64,000 nt of DNA from Candidatus Latescibacterota bacterium (GCA_965243025.1 CBDETY010000003.1:5216001-5280000); one strand, 5' to 3'; shown: positions 27,415 through 38,055, counted from the stretch's first letter. Made by a program: numbers and translations. Notes: generated by a model not told the origin, from the sequence alone.

Positions 27415-30111
27415 ATGAGGAGGAGGAATAACTCACGACCCGCGTGGCCGCTGGTGGCCTTTCTCGTCGCCGCCGGGGCCGCGGCCTGGGCCCAGGACTA
27501 CGGCGCCCGCCTGGGAGTACAGCGAGGCGGTGAGGTATCGTACGAACCGGTGGGACCGGGCGTGCTCTTCGGCGCCCTCGACCCCGCGGTAAAACGCTGG
27601 TACGTGCCACAGGAGCTGTTCAACGAGTACCGCTGGAAGCAGTGGGAGTACTCCAACTACGCCCGCCAGCATTATCAGCGCTACGTCAACACCGCCCTGG
27701 AAGGGGACTACTACTACGACGTCTACGGCAACCTGCTGACCCGGGGCTGGCTGGTCTACGACTGGCAGCGCCACCAGCCCGGCGATCTGGGAAACTCGAT
27801 CTTCAAGGACAACCGCTACGCCGGGTGGTTCAGCCAGGTGCTCATCACCTCGGACCAGAAGGGCCAGTACCAGTACGCCCTGACCATCGGCGACCGCATC
27901 CGCTCGAGCCTGACCCCGCTGACCTTCTCCAAGCCGGCTTTCAACGGCATCCAGGCCGACTTCGTCACCGACAAGTACGAGGCCACGGTGCTGATGTCGC
28001 GGGTGAGCCAGCCGGAGGTCGGCGGCACCCAGGGAGTCCCGAGGTCGGTCACCAACTCCACCGATTTCCTCGGCACCCACCTGACGGCGCAGATCGGCGA
28101 CTTCGTCGATCTCGGCGCCACCTACCTCAACGTCCATCAGACCAAGACCCTGATCGAGAGCTTCGTCGGCGCCGACCGCACGGGGACCCTGACGACGGAC
28201 CAGAACCGCGACCCGATCACGGCGATCGAGATAATCCTCGCTGACGACTCCCCCGAGGACGGAGAGGCCGGCGCGGCACTGTTTTCCGAGAACATCACCA
28301 TCACCGCCCGCGACTTCGAGACCGGCGAAAAGACCGTGGTAGAGGGGAGGCACATCGGTTTCGCCCCGGTCATCCAGGGCGGCTTCCAGCGCCGCGGGTT
28401 CCTCTCGGCCAACGGCGAGGAGGAGATCAGGCTCCTCTACGATTTCGCCAGCCCCACCTATCTCGGCCCCGACCCGACGACGATCATCGCCGTCGAGTTC
28501 GAGCTGGTGGTCGCCAACGACTACCGGGTGCTCGTGCAGTCCGACAGGCAGCTGGGGGGCGGGGACCAGCCGCACCCCCTGGTCGTCGCCCGCGCCGACG
28601 GCAACGTCCGGGACACCTCCAACCAGCAGCTCCTGCGCTTCGAGTACGGGTTGCCGACGGCGACCGAGATCTACGGAGCCGACATCGAGATAACCGACAT
28701 AGCCGGCTTCCGCGGCTACGCCGAGATCGCCCTCAACCGCCGCTACCGCCGCTATCCGAACGCCAACCTCGAGGACGGGCACGAGACGAGCAGGAGCTCG
28801 GCCGGCGCCTGGATGGCCAACCTCTCGAAGGTCGCCTTTCCGTGGTTCGTCTTCGGCGAGGCGTTCAGCATGGACAGCGACTACGACACCGGCCTGCTGC
28901 TGACCAACGCCGACGGGGAGATCAACTACGCCTCCGAGACCAAGCGCTTCGAGTTCGTCGACGACAACGACGACCAGGACCGCATTCCCGACTGGACCCG
29001 GTCCAACCAGCTGGGCACCGATCCGGCGGTGTTTCCCGGCTGGGACGAGAACAACGATTTCATCAACGATTTCAACCAGAACGACAACGAGTTCCGCGTC
29101 AGCCGGATTCCCGACTACGACGAGCCCTTCCTGCGCTTCCGCAGCGACCGGCCCGAGTTCCTCTTCGGCATCGATCTCAACAACAACATGTGGATCGACC
29201 GCTTCGAGAACGACGAACAGCCGGACTATCCGTACAAGCGCGACCACCAGGGCTACAACGCCTACGTCGGGGCGCACGTGTTCCCCGACGCGCGGCTCAC
29301 CGTGGGCCGCACCCGCCAGAAGCTGCTGTCGGGAGACGGCCGCAACGTCACGAGCTACGGGTTGTTCACCTTCGACCGGGACTTCGCAAACCTGGGGCGG
29401 GTGCGCGTCTTCGAGCGCGTCAAAAGGACCCGCGACGACCTCGCCGACGACCGCATCGAGGCGACTCCCTTCCACCGCGGCCCGCAGCCGCGCATCCCCG
29501 ATCCGCTGGCCGCCCAGGACACATGGATCAACACGGTGTGGCTGGGCTTCCAGTCGCAGGAGCTGCTGCCTTCGCTGTGGATCGACAACAAGCTGAAGGT
29601 GGAGATCCTCCATCAGCTGCTCGACGAGGGAACCCTGGCGACCGAGCGCCGGCGCCGGGACTCCGGGTTCTTCGGCCTGATCAACAAGGCGGAGTACTCC
29701 GTCGACGCGGGAACCCTGCGGCTGCGCCCGCGCATCAAGAGCGAGTACCTGCGGGACCAGCCCTCCCTGAAGATCGCCGAGGACCGCCAGCAGTACACCC
29801 TAAGTCTGTTCCTGGTGGGGCAGCTGCCGCTGATGTCGACCACCCGCATAGAGGCCGGCATCGAGCAGGGCCTGGTGTGGGATCTCCTGACCGCCGAAGA
29901 CGAGGTCTCCGAGGGCGCCCTCACCGGGGATTTCGGAGAGACGGTGGTGGCCGTGCAGAGCACCACCGAGAGCGACTACCTCGGGTACTCGCTCCTCACC
30001 CAGGTCGGGGTGCAGTACCAACGCAGGACCGAAGAGATATTCGAAGGGGAAAACCAGGTATCGACCGGGTTCAGCTCGTTCGTGACCGTGTACGCGGGCC
30101 TCGGGCGATAG
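27415..30111 (+). CDS. Large secreted hypothetical protein with acidic Ca-binding-like loops and beta-strand-rich C-terminus
   Basis: Signal peptide then DYGARLG; DDSPEDGE; FVDDNDDQDR; FPGWDENNDFINDFNQND; ends VYAGLGR. Confidence 0.75.
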   Translation: MRRRNNSRPAWPLVAFLVAAGAAAWAQDYGARLGVQRGGEVSYEPVGPGVLFGALDPAVKRWYVPQELFNEYRWKQWEYSNYARQHYQRYVNTALEGDYYYDVYGNLLTRGWLVYDWQRHQPGDLGNSIFKDNRYAGWFSQVLITSDQKGQYQYALTIGDRIRSSLTPLTFSKPAFNGIQADFVTDKYEATVLMSRVSQPEVGGTQGVPRSVTNSTDFLGTHLTAQIGDFVDLGATYLNVHQTKTLIESFVGADRTGTLTTDQNRDPITAIEIILADDSPEDGEAGAALFSENITITARDFETGEKTVVEGRHIGFAPVIQGGFQRRGFLSANGEEEIRLLYDFASPTYLGPDPTTIIAVEFELVVANDYRVLVQSDRQLGGGDQPHPLVVARADGNVRDTSNQQLLRFEYGLPTATEIYGADIEITDIAGFRGYAEIALNRRYRRYPNANLEDGHETSRSSAGAWMANLSKVAFPWFVFGEAFSMDSDYDTGLLLTNADGEINYASETKRFEFVDDNDDQDRIPDWTRSNQLGTDPAVFPGWDENNDFINDFNQNDNEFRVSRIPDYDEPFLRFRSDRPEFLFGIDLNNNMWIDRFENDEQPDYPYKRDHQGYNAYVGAHVFPDARLTVGRTRQKLLSGDGRNVTSYGLFTFDRDFANLGRVRVFERVKRTRDDLADDRIEATPFHRGPQPRIPDPLAAQDTWINTVWLGFQSQELLPSLWIDNKLKVEILHQLLDEGTLATERRRRDSGFFGLINKAEYSVDAGTLRLRPRIKSEYLRDQPSLKIAEDRQQYTLSLFLVGQLPLMSTTRIEAGIEQGLVWDLLTAEDEVSEGALTGDFGETVVAVQSTTESDYLGYSLLTQVGVQYQRRTEEIFEGENQVSTGFSSFVTVYAGLGR

Positions 30112-30121
30112 GGTGCAGCGC

Positions 30122-32818
30122 ATGAAGCGGGCAGGAACGCACAGCCTCGTTCTCGTCCTTCTCGCCCTGGCCGGCGCCCGGGCAGCGGACTACGGCACCC
30201 GCCTCGGCCGGGTGCTGGAAGAAGGTCCCGAGTACCCGCCGTCAGGATCCGGTGTGCTCGACGTGGCGCTGCAACCGAGGCTTGGGGAGACCTACCTGCC
30301 GCAGGAGCTCTACTCCGAGTACGGCTGGCGGCAGTGGGAGTACACCAACCACGCGTACGAGCGCTACCTCCGTTACGTCGGGCCCGACCTCGAGGGGGAC
30401 CGCTTCTACGACGTCTTCGGCAACCACCTGACCAAGGGCTGGCTGGTCTACGACGCGCGCAAGGAGCAGCCGCGGGCGTCGGAAGGGAACAGCCTGTACA
30501 AGTCCGGTTTCTACGGAGGGACTTTCAGCAATCTCGTCATCTCCACCGACAGGAGGGGGCAGTACCACTACTCGATGACCATCGGCGACGAGATCGCCAC
30601 CACCCTGACGCCGCTCACGTTCCGCAAGGCCGCCTTCAACGGAACCCAGTTCGACTTCCTGTCGGAGAACCTCGGCGGCACCCTGCTGCTGTCGCGGGTG
30701 AACGCTCCCCTGGTGCAGAGCCTGGCGCTGCCGGCGGCGCTGACCAACACCACCGACCTGACCGCGGGACGGGTGACGGCGTCGGCCGGGCCGGTAACCT
30801 TCGGGGCGACCCTGGTAAACGGCCATCAGAGCCGCGCCAGTCTCGAGCGCTTCGACGGCAATCCCCTGAAGGGGCACCTGACCACGGCGCAGGCCAGCAG
30901 CACCGTCGGCGACATCACCATCCGGCTCAGCGACGACTCCCCGGAGGACGGGGAGGGAGGGGTCGTCCTGTACTCGGAGCGCATGGTCGTGGAGGACCTG
31001 CGGGGCAACCGCTACGACAGCGCCGAGATCGGTTTCCGGGCGAACCGCGACGGCGGCCTCATCGTCGACGGGTTTCCCACCGCCAGCGGCGCAGAACGCA
31101 TCCTGCTCAACTACGACCTGCGCCGCTTCGCCGACGTGCTGCCGACCACCGTCGACTCGCTCAAGGAGGTGCGGTTCGAGCTCCAGGTGGGCAACGACTA
31201 CCTCATCGAGATCGCCTCCGAGGTCCAGACCAACGTCAAGAGCCAGCCTGTCTTCCTGACCGTCGCCCGGGCCCCGGCCAACATCAAGGACGCCTCGAAC
31301 CGCCGCGTCATCAGCTTCAACTACGGACTTCCGACCGCAAACCAGGTCGCCGGGTTCAGCATGGAGATTACCGAGCTCGCCGGTTTCAGTCTCTACGCCG
31401 AATACGTCGTCAACTCGCGCTACCGCCAGCTTCCCAACGCCTTGCTCAGGACGCACAAGTCCTCGGTCGACCGCTCTACGGCATGGATGGTCAACGCCGC
31501 GAGGAACACCTGGCCGTGGTTCGCCTACGGCGAAGCCTTCGGCATGGACGAGGACTACAACACCTCGTTCTTCCTGACCAACCCCACCGGGCAGGTCGAC
31601 TACGGCGACCCGGAGAGGTTCTTGTTCGATTTCGTCGACGACAACGACGACCAGGACCGCTGGCCCGATCAGAAACGCGCCTTCCAGGGCACCCGGCAGG
31701 TGGTCGCGGGACGGACGCTCGGGAGCCTGCGCGAGGGACAGCCCGACCAGGCGGTTTTTCCGGGATGGGACGAAAACGGCGATTTCATCTCGGACTTCAA
31801 CCAGAACGACAACCCGGTGCGTCCGAACGCGATCCCGGATTTCGAAGAGCCCTTCCTGCGCTTCAACGCCGACCGTCCGGAGTTCATGTTCGGCATCGAC
31901 CTGAACAACAACGGCTGGATCGACCGCTTCGAGGACGACGCCGACCCGGACTACCCCTACAAGCTCGACCGCCGGGGGCACAACCTCTACGGCGGCTACA
32001 ACTTCTCCAGCGAAGCGCGGGCCCTGCTGGGGAACTCCCGGCAGAAAACCTTCTCGTCCGACCGCCGCAGCTCGGTCAACTACGCGATGCTGACCTTCGA
32101 CAAGCGGTTCGCCCGCGCCGGCAGGGTCCGCTTCTACGAGCGCGTCAAGAAGGTGAGGGACGACATCCCCGACCCCCGGATCGACCTTCCCGCTTTCCTC
32201 GGGGCTCCCCAGGTCATGGTGCCGGACCCCCTGCAGGCGACCGACGCCTGGGTAAACACCGCCTGGTTCGGCTACGACGTCGAGCCGCTGCCTGACCTTC
32301 ATGTCGGCAACAAGGTCAAACACGAGATCTACCTGCAGGAGGGGGACGGGGCGGGGTCGCGGGACAACCCCCGTTTCTTCGGGTCGGTCAACAAGGCGGA
32401 GTACGTCTTTTCGGTGGGGAAGGTGACGATGCGCCCGCGGCTCAAGTACGAGGTGTTCCACGAGGTGCCGTACTCCCGGTTGCGGGAGAAACGCCGCTGG
32501 ATGCGGGAGATGGGAACTCTGCTTCTGAGGTTTCCCGTACTGTGGGGGTCCTTCGTCGAAGCCGGGATCGAGCAGGTATTCCACAGCGACCTCGAAACGC
32601 GGGAGGAGGACCTGGAGACCGGGGACCGGACCGGCGACCTCAGGCAGACCGTGCTCGCCCTGCAGCTTTCGACCCGGAGCTCCTACCTCGGCTACCGGTC
32701 GATTACACATGTCGGAATGCGGTGGGACCGCAACAGCTTCGAGCGCCGGGAAGCAGCCAACGATATCGCTACCGGCAGCATTCTGTTCGTCAGCGTCTTC
32801 GCGGGTCTCAGGGACTGA
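30122..32818 (+). CDS. Large secreted hypothetical protein, paralog of 27415-30111
   Basis: DYGTRLG, PQELY.EY.W.QWEY, DDSPEDGE, FVDDNDDQDR, FGIDLNNN.WIDRFE; ends VFAGLRD. Confidence 0.75.
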   Translation: MKRAGTHSLVLVLLALAGARAADYGTRLGRVLEEGPEYPPSGSGVLDVALQPRLGETYLPQELYSEYGWRQWEYTNHAYERYLRYVGPDLEGDRFYDVFGNHLTKGWLVYDARKEQPRASEGNSLYKSGFYGGTFSNLVISTDRRGQYHYSMTIGDEIATTLTPLTFRKAAFNGTQFDFLSENLGGTLLLSRVNAPLVQSLALPAALTNTTDLTAGRVTASAGPVTFGATLVNGHQSRASLERFDGNPLKGHLTTAQASSTVGDITIRLSDDSPEDGEGGVVLYSERMVVEDLRGNRYDSAEIGFRANRDGGLIVDGFPTASGAERILLNYDLRRFADVLPTTVDSLKEVRFELQVGNDYLIEIASEVQTNVKSQPVFLTVARAPANIKDASNRRVISFNYGLPTANQVAGFSMEITELAGFSLYAEYVVNSRYRQLPNALLRTHKSSVDRSTAWMVNAARNTWPWFAYGEAFGMDEDYNTSFFLTNPTGQVDYGDPERFLFDFVDDNDDQDRWPDQKRAFQGTRQVVAGRTLGSLREGQPDQAVFPGWDENGDFISDFNQNDNPVRPNAIPDFEEPFLRFNADRPEFMFGIDLNNNGWIDRFEDDADPDYPYKLDRRGHNLYGGYNFSSEARALLGNSRQKTFSSDRRSSVNYAMLTFDKRFARAGRVRFYERVKKVRDDIPDPRIDLPAFLGAPQVMVPDPLQATDAWVNTAWFGYDVEPLPDLHVGNKVKHEIYLQEGDGAGSRDNPRFFGSVNKAEYVFSVGKVTMRPRLKYEVFHEVPYSRLREKRRWMREMGTLLLRFPVLWGSFVEAGIEQVFHSDLETREEDLETGDRTGDLRQTVLALQLSTRSSYLGYRSITHVGMRWDRNSFERREAANDIATGSILFVSVFAGLRD

Positions 32819-32850
32819 AGGCCGGCCGGCGCCAGCAAGGAGTCGAGCTC

Positions 32851-35400
32851 ATGAAAGTATCGCGCGATATGTTCCTGCGGTGTCTGCCGGTGCTGGCGTT
32901 TTCGGTCCTGTCGGCGGGAAAGGAGCCGGCCGCGGCGCAGGACGGGTTCGTGCTGCGGGGGGATCGCATCGATGTCAGGGGCGCGTCGGCGTGGCGGGCC
33001 TGGAACCTTCCCCTGGGGACGGTCACCGTCGACTCGCGCGGGGTGATTCCCAACTTCGTGCTCAAGGAACACAACGCCAGTCTCGACGCCAGGGAATACC
33101 CGCTCGATCCCGAGGCGGAAGAGAGGGGGGGAATCAGCGCCGCCGGCTCGAACTTTTCCCGGGCTTCCGGCGTGATCGACGGCAACGGATCCACTTTCTG
33201 GGAGCCGGACCTCGAGCTCGCCCCTGAAACCTGGTGGGTCGAGGTCGACCTCGGGCGCGCCGTATCCGCCCGCCGCATCACCCTGCGCTTCGTCGACGAG
33301 GAGCTGGGCGATCCTTTTCTGCAGTTCAAGGTCATGGTTTCCAGCGGCGAGACCATAGCCCTCAGCAAACAGACCCTCTTCCGCCAGGTAGGCAGGACCG
33401 ATAAGCCGAACCGCAGCCAGCGGGAGTTCAGCTTCGATATCGGGCCCGGGGTCAGGGCGGATCCCGACTTCCAGGGAGACGTGGTCCGCTTCGTCCAGGT
33501 GCTGATAACCGACAGCCGCCTGGGAAAGGCCGAGAGTGTCTCCAGGGACGAGTACGAGGCCCTGCCCCGGGACCTGAAGGGGGACATCGAGTATTTCGGC
33601 CGCAGCCGCACGGGCCGCGAGTGGCAGGTCGACGAGGCGACCTACGAGCTCCTCGGCGCCGAAGAACGGGGACCGCTCCGGTTCTACCGCCGGGAACGGC
33701 CCCGCCTTGCCGAGCTGGAGGTTTGGACCTTCGGGGAGAATACCGCCCTGGGCACGATCGAGCGCGGGGGCAGCGTCGAGGGGCCGCGTTCGAACGAGGG
33801 CCGCACGGTCGACGGAGATTTCCTTACCGCGTACGAGGTCGTGGATGCGGTCGGACGCGCCCTTCCCGACCCGCTGGAGCGCATAGTCTACGATCTGGGG
33901 TCCTTCTACTGGCTGGACCGGATCCGGACCCTGTTCGGCAGCGTCGGCCGCAACCGGGTGCTGACCACCTGGCGCCTGTACATCTCCGATGGCAGCCTGG
34001 CGCCTGACGGCACCCTGCTGTGGCAGCAGCTCGACGAAAGGCGGAACGCCGGCAACGACGGGGGCTCGGCCGCGAGGTGGAACGAAAAGCAGTTCCCGCT
34101 CTCGAAGGTGCGCTTCATCCAGTACGAGTACGAGATCCGGGAAATCCCCCGCACCGGGCACGGCCGCGAGGTGCCGATCCGCGAGATCCAGAGCTACGGA
34201 CGCGGTTACCAGCCGGAGGTGGAGTTCGAGTCTCGGCTGATCGACCTGGGAACGCTGAGGAACCTGACGACCATCCACTGGGAGGCGGACGAGCCGCCGG
34301 GAACCCAGGTCGAGATCTCGACGCGCACCGGGAACGAGACCGAGATCGTCCAGCGCTATTTCCGCAAGGACGGAACCGAGCTGACCGAACGGGAGTACAA
34401 CGGCCTTCCCAAGTCGTTCAAGGGAGAGATCAAGGAACGCCTCATTCCCGGGGCCGACTGGAGCGAGTGGAGCAAACCGGTCGAGAACTCCGGCGACAGG
34501 GTGGTGTCGCCGTCGCCGCGCCAGTTCATGAAGGTCCGGGCGCGTCTGGTCTCCGACGACCCCGACAGATTCGCCACCATCCGGGAGCTGTCGATCCGGT
34601 TCACCAACGCCTGGGTCGAACGCGCCCTCGGGGAAGTCTACCCCACCGAGCTCGCCGCCCTCGGGAAGGTCTCCCCGGTGACCCTCTACCTGCGTCCCGA
34701 CCGCGGCCGTTCGAGCCGCGGCATCGACGAGATCCTGGTGGTCAGCACCGGCGAGATCCCGCTGACCCTGAACTCCCTGCGCCTGGGACCGGGTCCGGAC
34801 ATCGCCGCCGGGGGGGGAGAGGTGCAGGAGAACTTCGAGGTCATCCCGACGGAGGAGGATTCCCTGTGGATCCGCCTGCCCGGGGTGGTCCCGCGCAACA
34901 ACATCGCCGCCCTCGACATGAGCACCGTCATCTTCGGCCAGGGCACGGCGTTGTCCGCCAGTGTCGGCAACACCAGCTCTTCGGGCAGCTGGCAGCGCGT
35001 CGATCCCGACCAGCAGGCAGTCGAGGAGATTCACAGCGGGGTATTGCAGATCCTCACCCCGCCGGGCGACCCGCAGGTGGAAGGGCTGCGGATGAGCTCC
35101 GCGGTGGTGACCCCCAACGGCGACGGGGCCAACGACGCGATAACGCTCGACTTCAGCGTGCTGCGCGTCGACGGCGAGAGCGAAGTCCGCACCGAGGTGT
35201 TCGACCTGTCGGGGAGACGCCTCTGGGAGGACGTGCAGCTGCGCACCCGGGCGAGCGGATCCTACCGGGTCCAGTGGGGGGGCGTCGACGAAGCAGGTTC
35301 CCCGCTGGCGCCGGGAGTGTACCTGCTGCGGGTCGAGGTAGATGCCGCCCGCGAAGCAGGGGGCACCCAAACCCTGCGCCCGGTGTACGTCGCCTACTGA
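32851..35400 (+). CDS. Secreted protein with discoidin-like regions and C-terminal FlgD-Ig/CHU_C-like domain
   Basis: IDGNGSTFW, WVEVDLGR, VTPNGDGAND, FDLSGRR, APGVYL; ends YVAY; ATG 32851 after AAGGAG. Confidence 0.75.
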   Translation: MKVSRDMFLRCLPVLAFSVLSAGKEPAAAQDGFVLRGDRIDVRGASAWRAWNLPLGTVTVDSRGVIPNFVLKEHNASLDAREYPLDPEAEERGGISAAGSNFSRASGVIDGNGSTFWEPDLELAPETWWVEVDLGRAVSARRITLRFVDEELGDPFLQFKVMVSSGETIALSKQTLFRQVGRTDKPNRSQREFSFDIGPGVRADPDFQGDVVRFVQVLITDSRLGKAESVSRDEYEALPRDLKGDIEYFGRSRTGREWQVDEATYELLGAEERGPLRFYRRERPRLAELEVWTFGENTALGTIERGGSVEGPRSNEGRTVDGDFLTAYEVVDAVGRALPDPLERIVYDLGSFYWLDRIRTLFGSVGRNRVLTTWRLYISDGSLAPDGTLLWQQLDERRNAGNDGGSAARWNEKQFPLSKVRFIQYEYEIREIPRTGHGREVPIREIQSYGRGYQPEVEFESRLIDLGTLRNLTTIHWEADEPPGTQVEISTRTGNETEIVQRYFRKDGTELTEREYNGLPKSFKGEIKERLIPGADWSEWSKPVENSGDRVVSPSPRQFMKVRARLVSDDPDRFATIRELSIRFTNAWVERALGEVYPTELAALGKVSPVTLYLRPDRGRSSRGIDEILVVSTGEIPLTLNSLRLGPGPDIAAGGGEVQENFEVIPTEEDSLWIRLPGVVPRNNIAALDMSTVIFGQGTALSASVGNTSSSGSWQRVDPDQQAVEEIHSGVLQILTPPGDPQVEGLRMSSAVVTPNGDGANDAITLDFSVLRVDGESEVRTEVFDLSGRRLWEDVQLRTRASGSYRVQWGGVDEAGSPLAPGVYLLRVEVDAAREAGGTQTLRPVYVAY

Positions 35401-35446
35401 GCCGGGCAGCCGGCCGGCATCGCACCGGGTCCGAGGCAACATCACG

Positions 35447-36199
35447 ATGTCTGCTGCCTTCCCCTGCACGCCAGAGCAGGTCCGGTCCTTCAAGGAGAAC
35501 GGGTATGTCGTCTTCAGGAGGATGATCGGGCCGGAGCTGCTAAGGACTTGGAGGACCCAGCTCTGGGACCGCTTGGGCGGCCGTCTCGAGGATCCGGACA
35601 CGTGGCCGCGGGACGACGCCCTCGATGGTTTTGCCTTCGCGCCTCCCGAAATCGAGCTCGACCGCCTCCCCGAGGTACTGGCGGTGGTCGACCAGTTCGG
35701 AGGCGGGGAGTTCGTCACCGCGGGAGGAGGGGGACCCCTGGTCCGGTGGCCCGCCTCTCCGGGTACGGAGTACGAGTTCCCCGACGCCGGCACCGGCCAC
35801 ATCGACGGATACGGCGCTCGCTGGATGCCCTTCATGGTCGGGGTGACGGCCTATCTCTACGATGTCGAGCTGTGCGGCGGCGGACTCGGCTTCTGGCCCC
35901 GCAGCCACCTGTCCACCCAGCGGTTCTTTCTCGACAACCCCGACCTGATCGACGGCCGCTTCCGGGAGATGGAAGGGTTCGACTGGGACGATTTCTCCGA
36001 GCTCGCCCCGGAGGAACCGCGGCAGTTCACGGGGGAGGCGGGTGACGTCATGTTCTGGCACAGCTTCCTCGTCCACGGCGCCACGACCAACGTTCGCCCC
36101 CAACCCCGCTTCGCCATCTTCAAGAGGTTCCGGCACAGGCGGGCTGAGAGGATCGGGCGGGAAGTCCCGGAGGACCTCTGGAAGTACTGGGCGATCTGA
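35447..36199 (+). CDS. PhyH family dioxygenase
   Basis: FKENGYVV, GHIDG, AGDVMFWHSFLVHG...PRF. Confidence 0.85.
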   Translation: MSAAFPCTPEQVRSFKENGYVVFRRMIGPELLRTWRTQLWDRLGGRLEDPDTWPRDDALDGFAFAPPEIELDRLPEVLAVVDQFGGGEFVTAGGGGPLVRWPASPGTEYEFPDAGTGHIDGYGARWMPFMVGVTAYLYDVELCGGGLGFWPRSHLSTQRFFLDNPDLIDGRFREMEGFDWDDFSELAPEEPRQFTGEAGDVMFWHSFLVHGATTNVRPQPRFAIFKRFRHRRAERIGREVPEDLWKYWAI

Positions 36200-36237
36200 C
36201 CCATGGAAGCACCGGGGGCGGTTGCGGTCCTGTTAGA

Positions 36238-38055
36238 ATGACCCTGCACGTGGCGGGGGTCCTGACTGCCCTGATGTGCGCCTGCGCTCAGGCGCCGGAA
36301 CCCCCTTCCGGCGATATCCAGGAGTCGCCGCAGGATTCCCCGCAGGATACCCGGGAAAACCCTGGCCTGACGGATTCTGAAGACAGCCGGGCCGTTCCCG
36401 CGGTGAGCGGCTCCGGCGAGCGGCCGCAACCCTCCGGATCAGGCCCTCCGAGCACCGGAACGACCCCCTTCCGATTCGCCGACGCCAGCCCCGGAAGCGG
36501 CCTCGAGTTCGTCAACGTCTCGGGGAGCAGGGCCCAGGATTACGTCCTCGAGTCGATGTCGGCCGCCGCGGCCTTCGCCGACTACGACGGGGACGGGTTC
36601 CTCGACCTGTTTATCGTCAACGGGACGCGCCTGACCGGCGCTCCCGAGGGGGCCGGCAACAGGCTGTTCCACAATGAACCGGACCCGGGAGAAGGGGGTG
36701 GACCGGCGCGGAGATTCCGGGAAGTCGAGGCCGGTCTCGGCCCCCCCGGCTGGGGCATGGGGTGCGCTGCCGGCGACTACGACAACGACGGCGACGTCGA
36801 TTTCCATGTCACCTACTGGGGCCCCAACCGGCTCTACCGCAACGACGGCGGGGACTTCGCCGAGGTGGCCGCCAGCGCCGGGGTGGCCGACGGCCGCTGG
36901 GGGTCGAGCGCCGCGTTCGCGGACCTCGACGCCGACGGGTTCCTCGACCTGTACGTGACCAACTACCTCGAGTTCGACCTGGAGAGACCGCCGGGGGGCG
37001 GCGGCAAGTGCCTTTACAAGGGTCTCCACGTCTTCTGCGGACCGGCGTACGCCCCAAGGCAGCGCGACCGCCTCTACCGCAACGAGGGGGGCGGGACCTT
37101 CGCCGACGTCAGCGCCGCGGCGGGCGTGGAGGCCTACCGCCTGCCCGGACTGGGGGTGGTATTCGGCGACTTCGACGGCGACGCCGACCAGGACATCTAC
37201 GTCGCCAACGACGGAGAGCCCAACCTGCTGTTCCGCAACGACGGCGGCTGGCGGTTCGCCGAGACCGCGAGAACCGCCGGTGCCGCGTACAGCCTCGACG
37301 GCATGGCGCAGGCGAGCATGGGGGTGCATGCCGGCGACTACGACAACGACGGCGACCTCGACCTGTTAACCACCAACTTCTCGGACGAGTACAACACCCT
37401 CTACCGCAACCGCGGCGGCGGCAGCTTCGAAGACGCCACCGGCGAGGCGGGCCTCGGGGAAAGCGCCCTGCCGTTCCTCGGCTGGGGGACCGGCTTCGTC
37501 GACTTCGACAACGACGGCTGGCTCGACTTGTTCGTCGCCAACGGCCACCTCCACCCGGAACTGGACCGGAGCTTCCTCGGGCTGTTCTACGCCCAGCGCA
37601 ACCTGTTGTACCACAACCGGGGCGGCCGCTTCGTCGAGGTCGGGGCCGGCAGCGGCGGCGTCTGGAGCATCGAGAAGGTGAGCCGGGCGGCTGCCGTGGG
37701 AGACTTCGACAACGACGGCGACGCCGACCTGTTCGTCATGAACCTGAACGACACCCCGACCTTGCTGCGCAACGACAGCGGCGGCGGCAACGGCTGGCTC
37801 GGTCTGCAGCTGACGGGAACGGAGAGCAACCGCGACGCCATCGGGGCGCGGGTGCGGGTGCGCGGCGCGGGCATGGAGCAGGTGCGAGAGGTGCAGAGGG
37901 GCTACAGCTTCCAGGCGCAGAACGACCCGCGCCTGCTCTTCGGACTGGGCGGCGAAGGGCGCGCCGAGGAGGTGGAGATCCACTGGCCGTCCGGCCGGCG
38001 GCAGCTCATCGCCGATCCCCCGCCCGGCCGCTACCTGAAGGTGCGCGAGCCGTGA
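36238..38055 (+). CDS. CRTAC1 / ASPIC-UnbV family FG-GAP repeat protein (possible lipoprotein)
   Basis: Repeated D(Y/F)DNDGD; SNRDAIGARV; LLFGLG; WPSG; low-complexity N-terminal linker. Confidence 0.92.
   Translation: MTLHVAGVLTALMCACAQAPEPPSGDIQESPQDSPQDTRENPGLTDSEDSRAVPAVSGSGERPQPSGSGPPSTGTTPFRFADASPGSGLEFVNVSGSRAQDYVLESMSAAAAFADYDGDGFLDLFIVNGTRLTGAPEGAGNRLFHNEPDPGEGGGPARRFREVEAGLGPPGWGMGCAAGDYDNDGDVDFHVTYWGPNRLYRNDGGDFAEVAASAGVADGRWGSSAAFADLDADGFLDLYVTNYLEFDLERPPGGGGKCLYKGLHVFCGPAYAPRQRDRLYRNEGGGTFADVSAAAGVEAYRLPGLGVVFGDFDGDADQDIYVANDGEPNLLFRNDGGWRFAETARTAGAAYSLDGMAQASMGVHAGDYDNDGDLDLLTTNFSDEYNTLYRNRGGGSFEDATGEAGLGESALPFLGWGTGFVDFDNDGWLDLFVANGHLHPELDRSFLGLFYAQRNLLYHNRGGRFVEVGAGSGGVWSIEKVSRAAAVGDFDNDGDADLFVMNLNDTPTLLRNDSGGGNGWLGLQLTGTESNRDAIGARVRVRGAGMEQVREVQRGYSFQAQNDPRLLFGLGGEGRAEEVEIHWPSGRRQLIADPPPGRYLKVREP

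Noticed and set aside
36315-36350. Short ~12-bp tandem repeats (QESPQDSPQDT)
   Set aside because: In-frame low-complexity linker of the CRTAC1 protein; not a CRISPR or regulatory array.
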